NCBI GenBank assembly: GCA_016008875.1
Contig: JADTQG010000014.1
Reading direction: 5' to 3' (one strand)
DNA from: Ectopseudomonas mendocina
GTDB taxonomy: Bacteria; Pseudomonadota; Gammaproteobacteria; Pseudomonadales; Pseudomonadaceae
DNA: 32,000 bases
In this document: piece by piece, positions 9,810-22,137 of the stretch
Layout of the letters: the number at the start of each line of letters is the position of its first letter
How positions within the stretch are numbered: position 1 is the stretch's first letter
Translations under genes and position numbers: made by a program
Notes under the pieces: model-generated
Database searches by the model: none
Seen by the model: the letters and a program-made list of their open reading frames with translations, nothing else
What the model was told of the DNA's origin: nothing

Positions 9810-10811
9810 ATGACCCTGCGCGCACCTCAGCTGCAATTCGACCCCTGCGACGAGCTCGCCGCCCTGTGCAAGGCCGGCGGCGATGCATTGCGCCTGAACG
9901 TGCTGCGCGCGCTGAGCAACGACTCGTTCGGCGTGCTGGAGCTGGCGCAGATCTTCGCCATCGGCCAGTCGGGTATGAGCCACCACCTCAAGGTGCTGGC
10001 CCAGGCCGGGCTGGTGGCCACGCGCCGCGAAGGCAACGCCATCTTCTACCGCCGCGCCCTGCCCAACGGCCGCCTGCATGCCGCACTCCTGGAAGACATC
10101 GACGCGCTGCCGCTGCCCGGCGACGTGCAGGCGCGTATCGCCACTGTGCATCAGCAGCGCGCCACCGTCAGCCGCGACTTCTTCGCCCGCATGGCCACCA
10201 GCTTCCAGGCGCAGCAGGATCTGATCGCCGGCCTGCCGCACTACCGCGACAGCCTGCTGGCCCTGCTCGATGCCCTGCATTTCGCCCCGAGCGCCACGGC
10301 GCTGGAAATCGGCCCGGGCGACGGCGCCTTCCTACCCGAGCTGGCGCGGCGTTTCGCCCAGGTCACGGCGCTGGACAACAGCCCGGCTATGCTCGAACTG
10401 GCCAGCCAGCGTTGCGCTGCCGAGGGCCTGCATAACGTCGAGCTGAAGCTGGCCGATGCGCTGCAGGACAAACAGCAGCCCGCAGACTGCGTGGTGCTGA
10501 ACATGGTGCTGCACCACTTCGCCACGCCGGCCGAGGCCTTTCGCAAGCTGGCCGGGCTGGTCGCCCCAGGTGGCAGCCTGCTGCTCAGCGAGCTGTGCAG
10601 CCATGACCAGAGCTGGGCCCGCGAAGCCTGTGGCGATCTGTGGCTCGGCTTCGAACAGGAAGACCTGGCGCGCTGGGCGACGGCCGCCGGCCTGACGCCC
10701 GGCGAAAGCCTGTACATAGGCCTGAAAAACGGCTTTCAGATTCAATTACGGCACTTTGCCAAACCCGACGCGCACAGCGCCATCAGCCTCCGGCAAGAAA
10801 GGAACCGATAG
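9810..10811 (+). CDS. ArsR-family wHTH regulator fused to a class I SAM-methyltransferase-like domain (SahR-like)
   Basis: ORF track starts at ATG 9780; I prefer ATG 9810 (MTLRAPQLQF...), but neither has a clear SD. The ArsR HTH is LELAQIFAIGQSGMSHHLKVLAQAGLVATRREGNAIFY. MTase motif I is LEIGPGDGAF. The stop TAG (10809-10811) is immediately followed by the metK ATG. Confidence 0.8.
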   Translation: MTLRAPQLQFDPCDELAALCKAGGDALRLNVLRALSNDSFGVLELAQIFAIGQSGMSHHLKVLAQAGLVATRREGNAIFYRRALPNGRLHAALLEDIDALPLPGDVQARIATVHQQRATVSRDFFARMATSFQAQQDLIAGLPHYRDSLLALLDALHFAPSATALEIGPGDGAFLPELARRFAQVTALDNSPAMLELASQRCAAEGLHNVELKLADALQDKQQPADCVVLNMVLHHFATPAEAFRKLAGLVAPGGSLLLSELCSHDQSWAREACGDLWLGFEQEDLARWATAAGLTPGESLYIGLKNGFQIQLRHFAKPDAHSAISLRQERNR

Positions 10812-12002
<1,191 letters not shown>

Positions 12003-12077
12003 GACCCTCAGGCGTCACTCGAAGCCCCGCCCAGCGCGGTAACGCTGCTCACTCAAGGCAGCACGCGCTTGGCGCCT

Positions 12078-12098
12078 CCTCTCCCACTATGGGAGAGG
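12078..12098. repeat. GC-rich palindromic element (CCTCTCCCA-CTA-TGGGAGAGG)
   Basis: Perfect 9-bp stem with a 3-nt loop, followed by GCCGGGGAAGAGG. It resembles the widespread proteobacterial intergenic GGGAGAGGG-type repeat that yields spurious PLWERAG-like ORFs. Confidence 0.6.
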
Positions 12099-12121
12099 GC
12101 CGGGGAAGAGGCTACCGCTCT

Positions 12122-12185
12122 TGTGGGAGCGGACTTGTCCGCGAAAGGGGTGGAGATGCAACATGCTGCCAAGGCCGCTCCCACA
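12122..12185. repeat. REP-like palindromic unit, copy 1
   Basis: The ends TGTGGGAGCGG (12122-12132) and CCGCTCCCACA (12175-12185) are perfect inverted repeats. There is an internal GCGGACTTGTCCGC hairpin. The same architecture recurs at 12283 and 12421. Confidence 0.75.
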
Positions 12186-12227
12186 GTTTCGCGGTCAGGT
12201 GAAATCCGGGGACTGACGCCAAACCGT

Positions 12228-12248
12228 CCCGGATTACATCCGGCTACG
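12228..12248. repeat. second REP family (CCCGGATTACATCCGGCTACG), copy 1
   Basis: Near-identical to 12356-12377. It contains the CCGGAT/ATCCGG hairpin typical of gamma-proteobacterial REP/BIME elements. Confidence 0.65.
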
Positions 12249-12282
12249 CTGCCCTCTCGCATTGATCGGAGGGGGCAGCTCC

Positions 12283-12347
12283 TGTAGGAGCGGACTTTTC
12301 CGCGAATGCGGTGAAGAAGAAACATCGCAGCCAAGCCTCCCCCACCG
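12283..12347. repeat. REP-like palindromic unit, copy 2 (degenerate right arm)
   Basis: TGTAGGAGCGGACTTTTCCGCGAA matches copy 1 at 22 of 24 positions. The right arm CCTCCCCCACC is degraded. Confidence 0.65.
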
Positions 12348-12355
12348 TTTCGCAG

Positions 12356-12377
12356 CCCGGATTGCATCCGGGCTACG
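12356..12377. repeat. second REP family (CCCGGATTGCATCCGGGCTACG), copy 2
   Basis: Perfect CCCGGAT/ATCCGGG 7-bp hairpin. Paired with copy 1 at 12228. Confidence 0.65.
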
Positions 12378-12420
12378 CGACTGGTTTCCCCTAACCACTG
12401 ATGGCAAAGGCAGCAGTTCC

Positions 12421-12482
12421 TGTGGGAGGGGACTTGTCCGCGAACGGGATGGAAAAACAACGCGGCCAAGGCCGCTACCACA
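12421..12482. repeat. REP-like palindromic unit, copy 3
   Basis: TGTGGGAGGGGACTTGTCCGCGAA ... GCCAAGGCCGCTACCACA. The termini and the GCCAAGGCCGCT block match copy 1. Confidence 0.7.
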
Positions 12483-12588
12483 GTTGCTCAGCTCCGCCCA
12501 ATCAGAGCGCTTCACCCGCGCCTGAGTGTGCGGGGCTTTTTCATTGCCGAAGCGGAACCAACACAGGCGACGAATTGGTCTAGTCTGA

Positions 12589-14310
<1,722 letters not shown>

Positions 14311-14392
14311 TCCAGGTCAGGCAATGGCTCAATCGGGTCGAACCTCGCGCGACCGTCAAGGTCACTTCGAAAGAGACCCAAGGAGAAAGATC

Positions 14393-14788
14393 ATGATCCG
14401 TCATACCGCTTTGTTCGGCCTGCTGCTGGCCGCCAATCTGAATGCCATGCCGTTGCTCGCCGCCGACGGCGAAGGTGGCTGCGCCGTCAAACGCCAAGTG
14501 CTTCAGGAGAAGATCGACGCCGCGCAGCAGAGCGGCAATACCAGAGAACTGGATGGGCTGCGGCGAGCACTGGGCAACGTCGATGCCCATTGCGAAGACG
14601 CTTCGCTGCATGAAGAGCGCCTGGCTAGCGTCAAGGAAGCGCGTGAGGAAGTGCAGGAGCGCGAAAAGGATCTGCGCGAAGCCATGGGCACGGGCGATCA
14701 GGAGAAGATCGCCAAGCGTCAGGCCAAGCTGGCCGAAGCGCGCGCCGAACTGCAGCAGGCCGAAGCCGAAGCGAGCGTCGATCAGTAA
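14393..14788 (+). CDS. DUF1090 (YqjC-like) periplasmic coiled-coil protein
   Basis: ATG 14393 lies 7 nt after AGGAGA. Signal peptide MIRHTALFGLLLAANLNAMPLLAA. The two-Cys pattern C-x(36)-C and a Lys/Glu/Ala-rich helical tail (KIAKRQAKLAEARAELQQAE) are typical of DUF1090. Confidence 0.8.
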   Translation: MIRHTALFGLLLAANLNAMPLLAADGEGGCAVKRQVLQEKIDAAQQSGNTRELDGLRRALGNVDAHCEDASLHEERLASVKEAREEVQEREKDLREAMGTGDQEKIAKRQAKLAEARAELQQAEAEASVDQ

Positions 14789-15228
14789 GCGCGGAACGCC
14801 TTGTGGCAGGCCTCGCAGCTATCCTCGACGGCCTGTACCGCAGGCTCCAACTCGGAGCGGCGTAGCGGCGGCGTGGTCGTCGCCTGCACCAGTGCAGCGG
14901 TGGCCTGCTCCAGATCGCGCGCCATTTTCTGAAACTGCTCCTGGCGCTGCCAGACTTCCGGGCTGGCCTTGCTGCGCTCGTCGTCGGCCACCGAGGGGAA
15001 ATGCTGCCAGGGCTCGCGCGACAGCCTATCGAGTTCGGCGGCGCCACTGATGAAGGCAGCTTCGTCGTAGGGAATGCGATTGCGCAGCATGCCACCGAGG
15101 TCTTCGCTGACCTTGAGCATCTCCTTGAACAACGCCTGGCGTTTACCCAACGGCGACTCGGGATCGACCCCGCCACACGCGGCCAATGTCACGCAGACGC
15201 AGGTGAGGAGGAGTTTCTTCAGGACCAT
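14782..15228 (-). CDS. class II c-type cytochrome (cytochrome c' / c556 family), lipoprotein
   Basis: 148 aa with lipobox VTLAAC. A single heme motif CEACH lies 9 residues from the C-terminus, the hallmark of four-helix-bundle class II cytochromes c. Confidence 0.7.
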   Translation of the reverse strand: MVLKKLLLTCVCVTLAACGGVDPESPLGKRQALFKEMLKVSEDLGGMLRNRIPYDEAAFISGAAELDRLSREPWQHFPSVADDERSKASPEVWQRQEQFQKMARDLEQATAALVQATTTPPLRRSELEPAVQAVEDSCEACHKAFRAY

Positions 15229-15340
15229 CGAACGACTTCCCAGGGTGACAAGGGGCCGCCAGTATCGCGGCTCGCTCCGGTCGGGCCAAGCGACCTCTTG
15301 TCACAACGGCTGTCTTTCGCGTCCTTCGGTCAGCCAGGGT

Positions 15341-15700
15341 TCAGGTACGGAAACGCCCCAGCTGACTGTTGAGCTGCCGGACTCCAACCTGGATCTGCGC
15401 ACTGTCCTGCACCACGCTTTCGGTCGCACCCTGGCTGCGCTCGGCCAGGCTGGAAATGCGCGTCACCCGCTGGTCGATCTCCTGCGCCACCTGGCTTTGC
15501 TGCTCGGCGTCCGTGGCGATCTGCGCGTTCAGGGCATTGATCCCGTCAACCGCGCCGACGCTGGTCTCCAGTGCCTCGCTGCAGGTCGAAGTACCCGCCA
15601 GCTTAATCGCCAACGCTCGTGGCTCGTGAATTGGCACGCATCCCTTAGCCAGGACCGAGGAAACTGGCAGTCGCCGCTCCGGATAGGAACCAGGACGCAC
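15341..15700 (-). pseudogene. remnant of a methyl-accepting chemotaxis protein gene (C-terminal signalling-domain tail only)
   Basis: The last ~85 codons (LAGTSTCSEALETSVGAVDGINALNAQIATDAEQQSQVAQEIDQRVTRISSLAERSQGATESVVQDSAQIQVGVRQLNSQLGRFRT*) fit the MCP C-terminus pattern QIAxAxEEQSxVxxEIxxN...LxxLVxRFR. There is no hairpin-tip block (EQTNLLALNAAIEAARAGE), HAMP domain or TM region. Only 90 nt remain before the next gene. Confidence 0.6.
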
Positions 15701-15790
15701 CCGCAGGCGCGGACCATGGAGGCTCCGCAGCCGGTAAAGGGGTGCGCAGCCTCTCCCTAACGAGGGCGGCAGCCGCTGCTGATTCGCCAG

Positions 15791-17074
15791 TCAGGCCGCC
15801 AGCCTTCCCTCCGCCAATGCCATGGAGGCCGCGAGCATGGCGCGTAGTAGCACTGCGCAGCCTGCGGCGAGGTCAGCCGGAGCGGCGTTCTCGATTTCGT
15901 TGTGGCTGATGCCTCCTTCGCACGGCACGAAGATCATCCCGGCCGGGCCCAGCTCGGCGACGAAGATCGCGTCGTGTCCGGCGCCACTGACGATGTCCAT
16001 ATGCGACAAGCCCAGTCCCGCCGCCGCGCTGCGCACTGCCTCGACGCAACCCTGATCGAAATACAGCGGTGGAAAGTCTGCAGTCGGCGTCAGTTCGAAG
16101 CTGAGCCCATGCTTGGCGCAGGTCGCCTCGATCACGCCGCGCACCTGCGCGATCATCGAATCCAGGCGCGCCGGCTCGAGATGGCGGAAGTCCAGCGTCA
16201 TGCGTACCTCGCCGGGAATCACATTGCGCGAGCCAGGGTACGCCTGCAGGCAACCGACGGTGCCGCAAGCATGCGGTTGATGCTCGAGCGCCACCCGATT
16301 GACCGCCGCGACCACGGCCGCAGCGCCGACCAGGGCATCCTTGCGCAGGTGCATCGGGGTCGGCCCGGCGTGGGCTTCGACACCCTTCAGGCTGAGGTCG
16401 AACCACTTCTGCCCGAGCGCGCCAAGCACCACGCCGATGGTCTTTTCTTGATCTTCGAGAATCGGCCCCTGCTCGATGTGCGCTTCGAAGTAGGCGCCCA
16501 CGGGATGACCGCTCACCGCCCGCGGGCCGGCGTAGCCAATGGCATTGAGTGCCTCGCCGACGCTGACGCCTTCCGCGTCACGTTTGGCCAGGGTTTCTTC
16601 CAAGGTGAATTTTTCAGCGAAGACCCCCGAGCCCATCATGCAGGGGGCGAAGCGCGAGCCTTCCTCATTGGTCCACACCACGACTTCCAGCGGCGCTTCG
16701 GTCTGCACGCCCAGGTCATTCAGGGTACGCAGCACCTCGACGCCGGCCAGCACGCCAAAGCAACCGTCGAACTTGCCACCGGTGGGCTGGGTATCGATAT
16801 GGCTGCCGGTCATCACCGGTGGCAGGGCGGAGTTGCGCCCGGGGCGACGAGCGAAGATGTTGCCGACGCCGTCCACCGTTACGCTGCAGCCTGCGTCCTC
16901 ACACCAGCGTACGAACAGGTCGCGCGCCTGGCGATCGAGGTCGGTCAGCGCCAGGCGACATACCCCGCCCTTGACGGTGGCCCCAAGCTGCGCAAGCTCC
17001 ATCAGTGATTGCCACAGCCGCTCGCCGTTAATGTGCGACTGGCTGGATTGCAGAACCTCGGTGGCAGTGTTCAT
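15791..17074 (-). CDS. M20-family Zn-dependent N-carbamoyl-beta-alanine / N-carbamoyl-amino-acid amidohydrolase
   Basis: ORF 15791..17137; the likely start is ATG 17074 (MNTATEVLQ...) after GAGGAA, giving 427 aa. The allantoate amidohydrolase/AmaB family pattern is present: GSHIDTQPTGGKFDG, VVWTNEEGSRF. The genomic context is pyrimidine catabolism. Confidence 0.85.
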   Translation of the reverse strand: MNTATEVLQSSQSHINGERLWQSLMELAQLGATVKGGVCRLALTDLDRQARDLFVRWCEDAGCSVTVDGVGNIFARRPGRNSALPPVMTGSHIDTQPTGGKFDGCFGVLAGVEVLRTLNDLGVQTEAPLEVVVWTNEEGSRFAPCMMGSGVFAEKFTLEETLAKRDAEGVSVGEALNAIGYAGPRAVSGHPVGAYFEAHIEQGPILEDQEKTIGVVLGALGQKWFDLSLKGVEAHAGPTPMHLRKDALVGAAAVVAAVNRVALEHQPHACGTVGCLQAYPGSRNVIPGEVRMTLDFRHLEPARLDSMIAQVRGVIEATCAKHGLSFELTPTADFPPLYFDQGCVEAVRSAAAGLGLSHMDIVSGAGHDAIFVAELGPAGMIFVPCEGGISHNEIENAAPADLAAGCAVLLRAMLAASMALAEGRLAA

Positions 17075-17149
17075 GGTCATTTCCTCGGCCTCTCTGGTTG
17101 TCTGAGACGCGCAATCAGGGCGCGTCCTCCGGGTCACGCTGCTGTTGCC

Positions 17150-18637
17150 TTAAACCGGCGCCTTGGCTACCACCGGCCTTGTGCTACGCAGGCTGCACAA
17201 GCCGAAATAGATCAAGCCGCCCAGGAAGGAGCCGGTAAACCAGCCGTAGTCGTAGAACCAGCTGAACGAGCTGCTGCCGAGCGACAGCAGGGTCAGCGCG
17301 ACCGGCACGGCGAAAGCGGCGAAGCCCGTCCAGTTCCACGCCGGATAAACGTCATCGTGGTAAAGGCCAGCCAGGTCCAGCTGTTGCTTCTTGATCAGGA
17401 AGTAATCGACCACCATGATCCCGGCAATCGGCCCCAGTAGGCTGGAGTAACCCAGCAGCCAGTTGGAATACACGCTCTCCAGGCTCAGCTCGGAAACCAG
17501 CAGGCCAAGTTTCTTCAGCAGTTCATGGGCCATCAGGCCGAGACCGATCAGGCCGGTGAGGATCACCGCCTTGGTGCGATCAATCAGCTTGGGCGCGATG
17601 TTCTGGAAGTCGTTGGTCGGTGAAACGATGTTCGCCGCAGTATTGGTCGACAAGGTCGCGACGATGATCAGCGCCATCGCCAGGGCGACCCAGCCAGGGC
17701 TCTGGATATGCCCGATCAAACTGACCGGATCGGCTACCGTCTGCCCCACCAGCGATTCCGAAGCGGCGGTCATCACCACGCCGAGCGCAGCGAAAAGGAA
17801 CATGGTCAGCGGCAGGCCAAAGATCTGCCCGAGAATCTGGTCTTTCTGGCTCTTCGCGTAGCGGCTGAAATCCGGAATGTTCAGCGACAGGGTGGCCCAG
17901 AAACCGACCATGGCGGTCAGCCCGGCGAGGAAGTAGCCGATGACGCTGGCGCCTTCCGGGCGATTGGCCGGCCGCGCCAGCAGCTCGCTCATCGACACAT
18001 TGGGCAGTGCCCATACCAACAGCCCCGCCCCAACCAGCACCAGCAACGGCGCCGACAGGGTTTCCAGCCATTTGATCGACTCGGCGCCACGCAGCACGAT
18101 CCATAGGTTGAGTACCCAGAAGATCATGAAGCCGATCACTTCGCCGGTACCGCCGAGCGCTTTCCAACCGTCGAAGATCGAGCCCAGCAACAGGTGAATG
18201 GCCAGGCCTCCGAACATGGTCTGGATACCGAACCAGCCGCAGGCCACTACGGCGCGGATCAGGCAAGGCACGTTGGAGCCGAGTATGCCGAACGAGGAGC
18301 GCAGCAATACCGGGAACGGGATGCCGTACTTGGTGCCGGCGAAGGCATTGAGGGTCAGCGGGATCAGCACCACCACGTTGGCCAGCAGAATCGCCAGCAG
18401 CGCCTCGCCCACCGACAGGCCGAAATACGCGGTGAGCACGCCACCCAGGGTGTAGGTGGGCACGCAGATCGACATGCCGACCCACAACGCGGTGATATGC
18501 CACTTGTTCCAGGTTCGCTGATGCACCTTGGTCGGGGCGATGTCGTGGTTGTAGCGCGGGCTGTCCAGTACGTCGCTGCCAGCGTTCAGCTCATACAAGC
18601 CCTCCCGCTCGGTCACTTCCGATCTGTTCTGCTGCAT
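17150..18637 (-). CDS. NCS1-family nucleobase/hydantoin:cation symporter
   Basis: 495 aa with about 12 TM helices. The N-terminal NxDIAPT motif (YNHDIAPTKVHQRTWNKWH) is typical of cytosine/uracil/allantoin/hydantoin permeases. GGAGAG SD is present. Confidence 0.9.
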   Translation of the reverse strand: MQQNRSEVTEREGLYELNAGSDVLDSPRYNHDIAPTKVHQRTWNKWHITALWVGMSICVPTYTLGGVLTAYFGLSVGEALLAILLANVVVLIPLTLNAFAGTKYGIPFPVLLRSSFGILGSNVPCLIRAVVACGWFGIQTMFGGLAIHLLLGSIFDGWKALGGTGEVIGFMIFWVLNLWIVLRGAESIKWLETLSAPLLVLVGAGLLVWALPNVSMSELLARPANRPEGASVIGYFLAGLTAMVGFWATLSLNIPDFSRYAKSQKDQILGQIFGLPLTMFLFAALGVVMTAASESLVGQTVADPVSLIGHIQSPGWVALAMALIIVATLSTNTAANIVSPTNDFQNIAPKLIDRTKAVILTGLIGLGLMAHELLKKLGLLVSELSLESVYSNWLLGYSSLLGPIAGIMVVDYFLIKKQQLDLAGLYHDDVYPAWNWTGFAAFAVPVALTLLSLGSSSFSWFYDYGWFTGSFLGGLIYFGLCSLRSTRPVVAKAPV

Positions 18638-18964
18638 GGGCCTCTCCAGTATTTTTCTGATTGTTAGCGCATCGGGCTAATTCGATGGCCGGAGTTCAGG
18701 AACCGGCCAGCACGGAGGCAGCACCACTCAATAAGCGTGCCGCATTTCCCCGCCGGGCCTGCATCCTCTCTGCTTGAAGACACTAAACAACTGATCTGAA
18801 AACGCTTTATCTGAAGCCACCGACTTCGCCTGCACACTCCCCTTGCGATCCTCGGAGCAGCCTGTCCTGTCAGTCAGGTTTCAAACTGGTGCAGGCGAAT
18901 TTTTTTCGCCGCCCCAAGGCCACTCGACGCCTTGGCACAAGCGGCTGATTTTCCATGAGAAATC

Positions 18965-18980
18965 TTGACGATATTGTCAT
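18965..18980. promoter_or_regulatory. candidate RutR-type operator (TTGACGATATTGTCAT)
   Basis: Matches the E. coli RutR consensus TTGACCAnnTGGTCAA at 11 of 14 defined positions (consensus from memory). It lies in the divergent pyrimidine-catabolism intergenic region, in the same cluster as a RutR-like TetR gene. Confidence 0.3.
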
Positions 18981-18995
18981 TCTGTCAAGTGCGTC

Positions 18996-19021
18996 AAAAT
19001 GGTGAGAGGCCTCACCATTTT
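18996..19021. terminator. bidirectional terminator-like hairpin inside the divergent intergenic region
   Basis: AAAATGGTGAG (18996-19006) pairs with CTCACCATTTT (19011-19021) around the loop AGGC. The A-tract/T-tract flanks give a U-run in either orientation. The plus strand continues GGTGATTTTT. Confidence 0.4.
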
Positions 19022-19115
19022 GGTGATTTTTAATTATTTCCTTTATTTTTCAAAAAGTTACCAAGATTATAATTGTTCAAAAAATAATCTTGCCCAATCC
19101 ATTCACTGCAACTAG

Positions 19116-20654
<1,539 letters not shown>

Positions 20655-20769
20655 GCCGCGCGTAACGCCCACCATAGATGACTTAGCCACACCGGCCCTG
20701 AGAGGCCGGACGGCCGCTTATCCGCTGTTAACTGCCGAATAAAAGCCACAAAACCGTGAGGCAATAACC

Positions 20770-22137
20770 GTGATAGACACCCTAAGCCATTTGCCGCGCC
20801 CGGATGCCGGGGCGGCCGAACTGGCCGATCGCTTCAGCGATCTGGCCCCGCCGCTCAATGCACGCCAGGCCGCCCTGGAAAGTGCCCGCTGCCTGTATTG
20901 CTACGATGCGCCCTGCATCAACGCCTGCCCCAGCGAGATCGACATCCCCTCGTTCATCCGCAATATCAGCCATGAGAACATCCAGGGCGCGGCCGAGAAG
21001 ATTCTCTCGGCCAATATCCTCGGCGGCAGTTGCGCCCGCGTCTGCCCGACGGAAATTCTTTGCCAGCAGGCCTGCGTGCGCAACAACGCCCAGGAATGCG
21101 CACCGGTGCTGATCGGCCTGCTGCAACGGTACGCCATCGATAACGCGCAGTTCAGCGGACATCCGTTCCAGCGCGCCCCCGCCAGTGGCAAACGCATCGC
21201 TGTGGTCGGCGCCGGCCCGGCTGGCCTGTCCTGCGCCCACCGCCTGGCCATGCATGGCCATGAGGTGGTGATCTTCGAGTCGCGCGAGAAAGCCGGCGGC
21301 CTCAACGAATACGGCATCGCTGCCTACAAGCTGGTCGACGACTTCGCCCAGCGCGAGGTGGCGTTCCTTCTGCAGATCGGCGGTATCGAGATCCGCCACG
21401 GTCACCGGCTGGGCGATGACCTCAGCCTGAGCGCCTTGCATCAGCAGTTCGACGCGGTGTTCCTCGGCATCGGTCTGGCCGCCAGCAAACGCCTTGGACT
21501 GACGGACGAAGAGGCGCCAGGCGTGCTCGCGGCCACCGAATACATCCGTGAACTGCGCCAAAGCGATGACCTGACCCAGCTGCCCGTGGCAGAGCGCTGC
21601 ATCATTCTTGGCGCCGGCAACACCGCCATCGACATGGCGGTGCAGATGAGCAAGCTCGGCGCCCGCGACGTCAATCTGGTCTATCGCCGCGGCTTCGAGG
21701 AGATGGGCGCCACCGAGCACGAACAGGACATCGCCAAGGCCAACCAGGTACGGCTGCTGACCTGGGCACAGCCGGACGCGGTGCTGCTGAACGACCAGGG
21801 GCAGGTGCGCGGCATGCGCTTTGCCCGCACTCGCGTGGAGAACGGTCGCCTGCACAGCACCGGGCAGACCTTCGAGCTGCCCGCCGATGCCATCTTCACC
21901 GCCATCGGCCAGGCCTTCGCCGGCCAGGCGCTGAGCGACCCACTGGCCCGCGAGCTGAAACGCGAGGGCGAGCGTATCTGGGTCGATGCCCAGCTACGCA
22001 CCAGCGTGCCCGGCGTGTATGCCGGAGGCGACTGCATCGCCCTAGGCCAGGACCTCACCGTTCAGGCCGTGCAACACGGCAAGCTGGCCGCCGAGGCCAT
22101 CCACTCTTATCTGATGCTCAATGTGGAGGCCGCGTAA
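20770..22137 (+). CDS. preT: NAD-dependent dihydropyrimidine dehydrogenase subunit PreT (GltD-like FAD/NAD and Fe-S subunit)
   Basis: 455 aa with a GTG start 9 nt after GAGG. N-terminal Cys clusters (CLYCYDAPCINACP, CARVCPTEILCQQAC), dinucleotide folds VVGAGPAGLSCA and ILGAGNTAID, and a GGDC block near the C-terminus. Confidence 0.88.
   Translation: MIDTLSHLPRPDAGAAELADRFSDLAPPLNARQAALESARCLYCYDAPCINACPSEIDIPSFIRNISHENIQGAAEKILSANILGGSCARVCPTEILCQQACVRNNAQECAPVLIGLLQRYAIDNAQFSGHPFQRAPASGKRIAVVGAGPAGLSCAHRLAMHGHEVVIFESREKAGGLNEYGIAAYKLVDDFAQREVAFLLQIGGIEIRHGHRLGDDLSLSALHQQFDAVFLGIGLAASKRLGLTDEEAPGVLAATEYIRELRQSDDLTQLPVAERCIILGAGNTAIDMAVQMSKLGARDVNLVYRRGFEEMGATEHEQDIAKANQVRLLTWAQPDAVLLNDQGQVRGMRFARTRVENGRLHSTGQTFELPADAIFTAIGQAFAGQALSDPLARELKREGERIWVDAQLRTSVPGVYAGGDCIALGQDLTVQAVQHGKLAAEAIHSYLMLNVEAA

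Noticed and set aside
18932-18948. TGGCAC followed by GC-containing sequence, examined as a sigma-54 (-24/-12) promoter for hydA.
   Set aside because: The GC of the -12 element falls 2 nt too close to the GG (TGGCACAAGCGGCTGA versus TGGCAC-N5-TTGC), and no TTGC is present. It does not fit the spacing-critical consensus.
18955-19005. 16-codon mini-ORF (MRNLDDIVILSSASKW) ending inside the terminator-like hairpin, considered as a leader peptide.
   Set aside because: It has no Shine-Dalgarno sequence, AT-rich codons atypical for this genome, and no run of regulatory codons. It is kept only as a side note to the hairpin finding.
20692-20709. CCGGCC-CTGAGA-GGCCGG hairpin between hydA and preT, considered as a terminator.
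   Set aside because: The stem is only 6 bp with no U-tract, and the genes are almost certainly co-transcribed. It is too weak to call.
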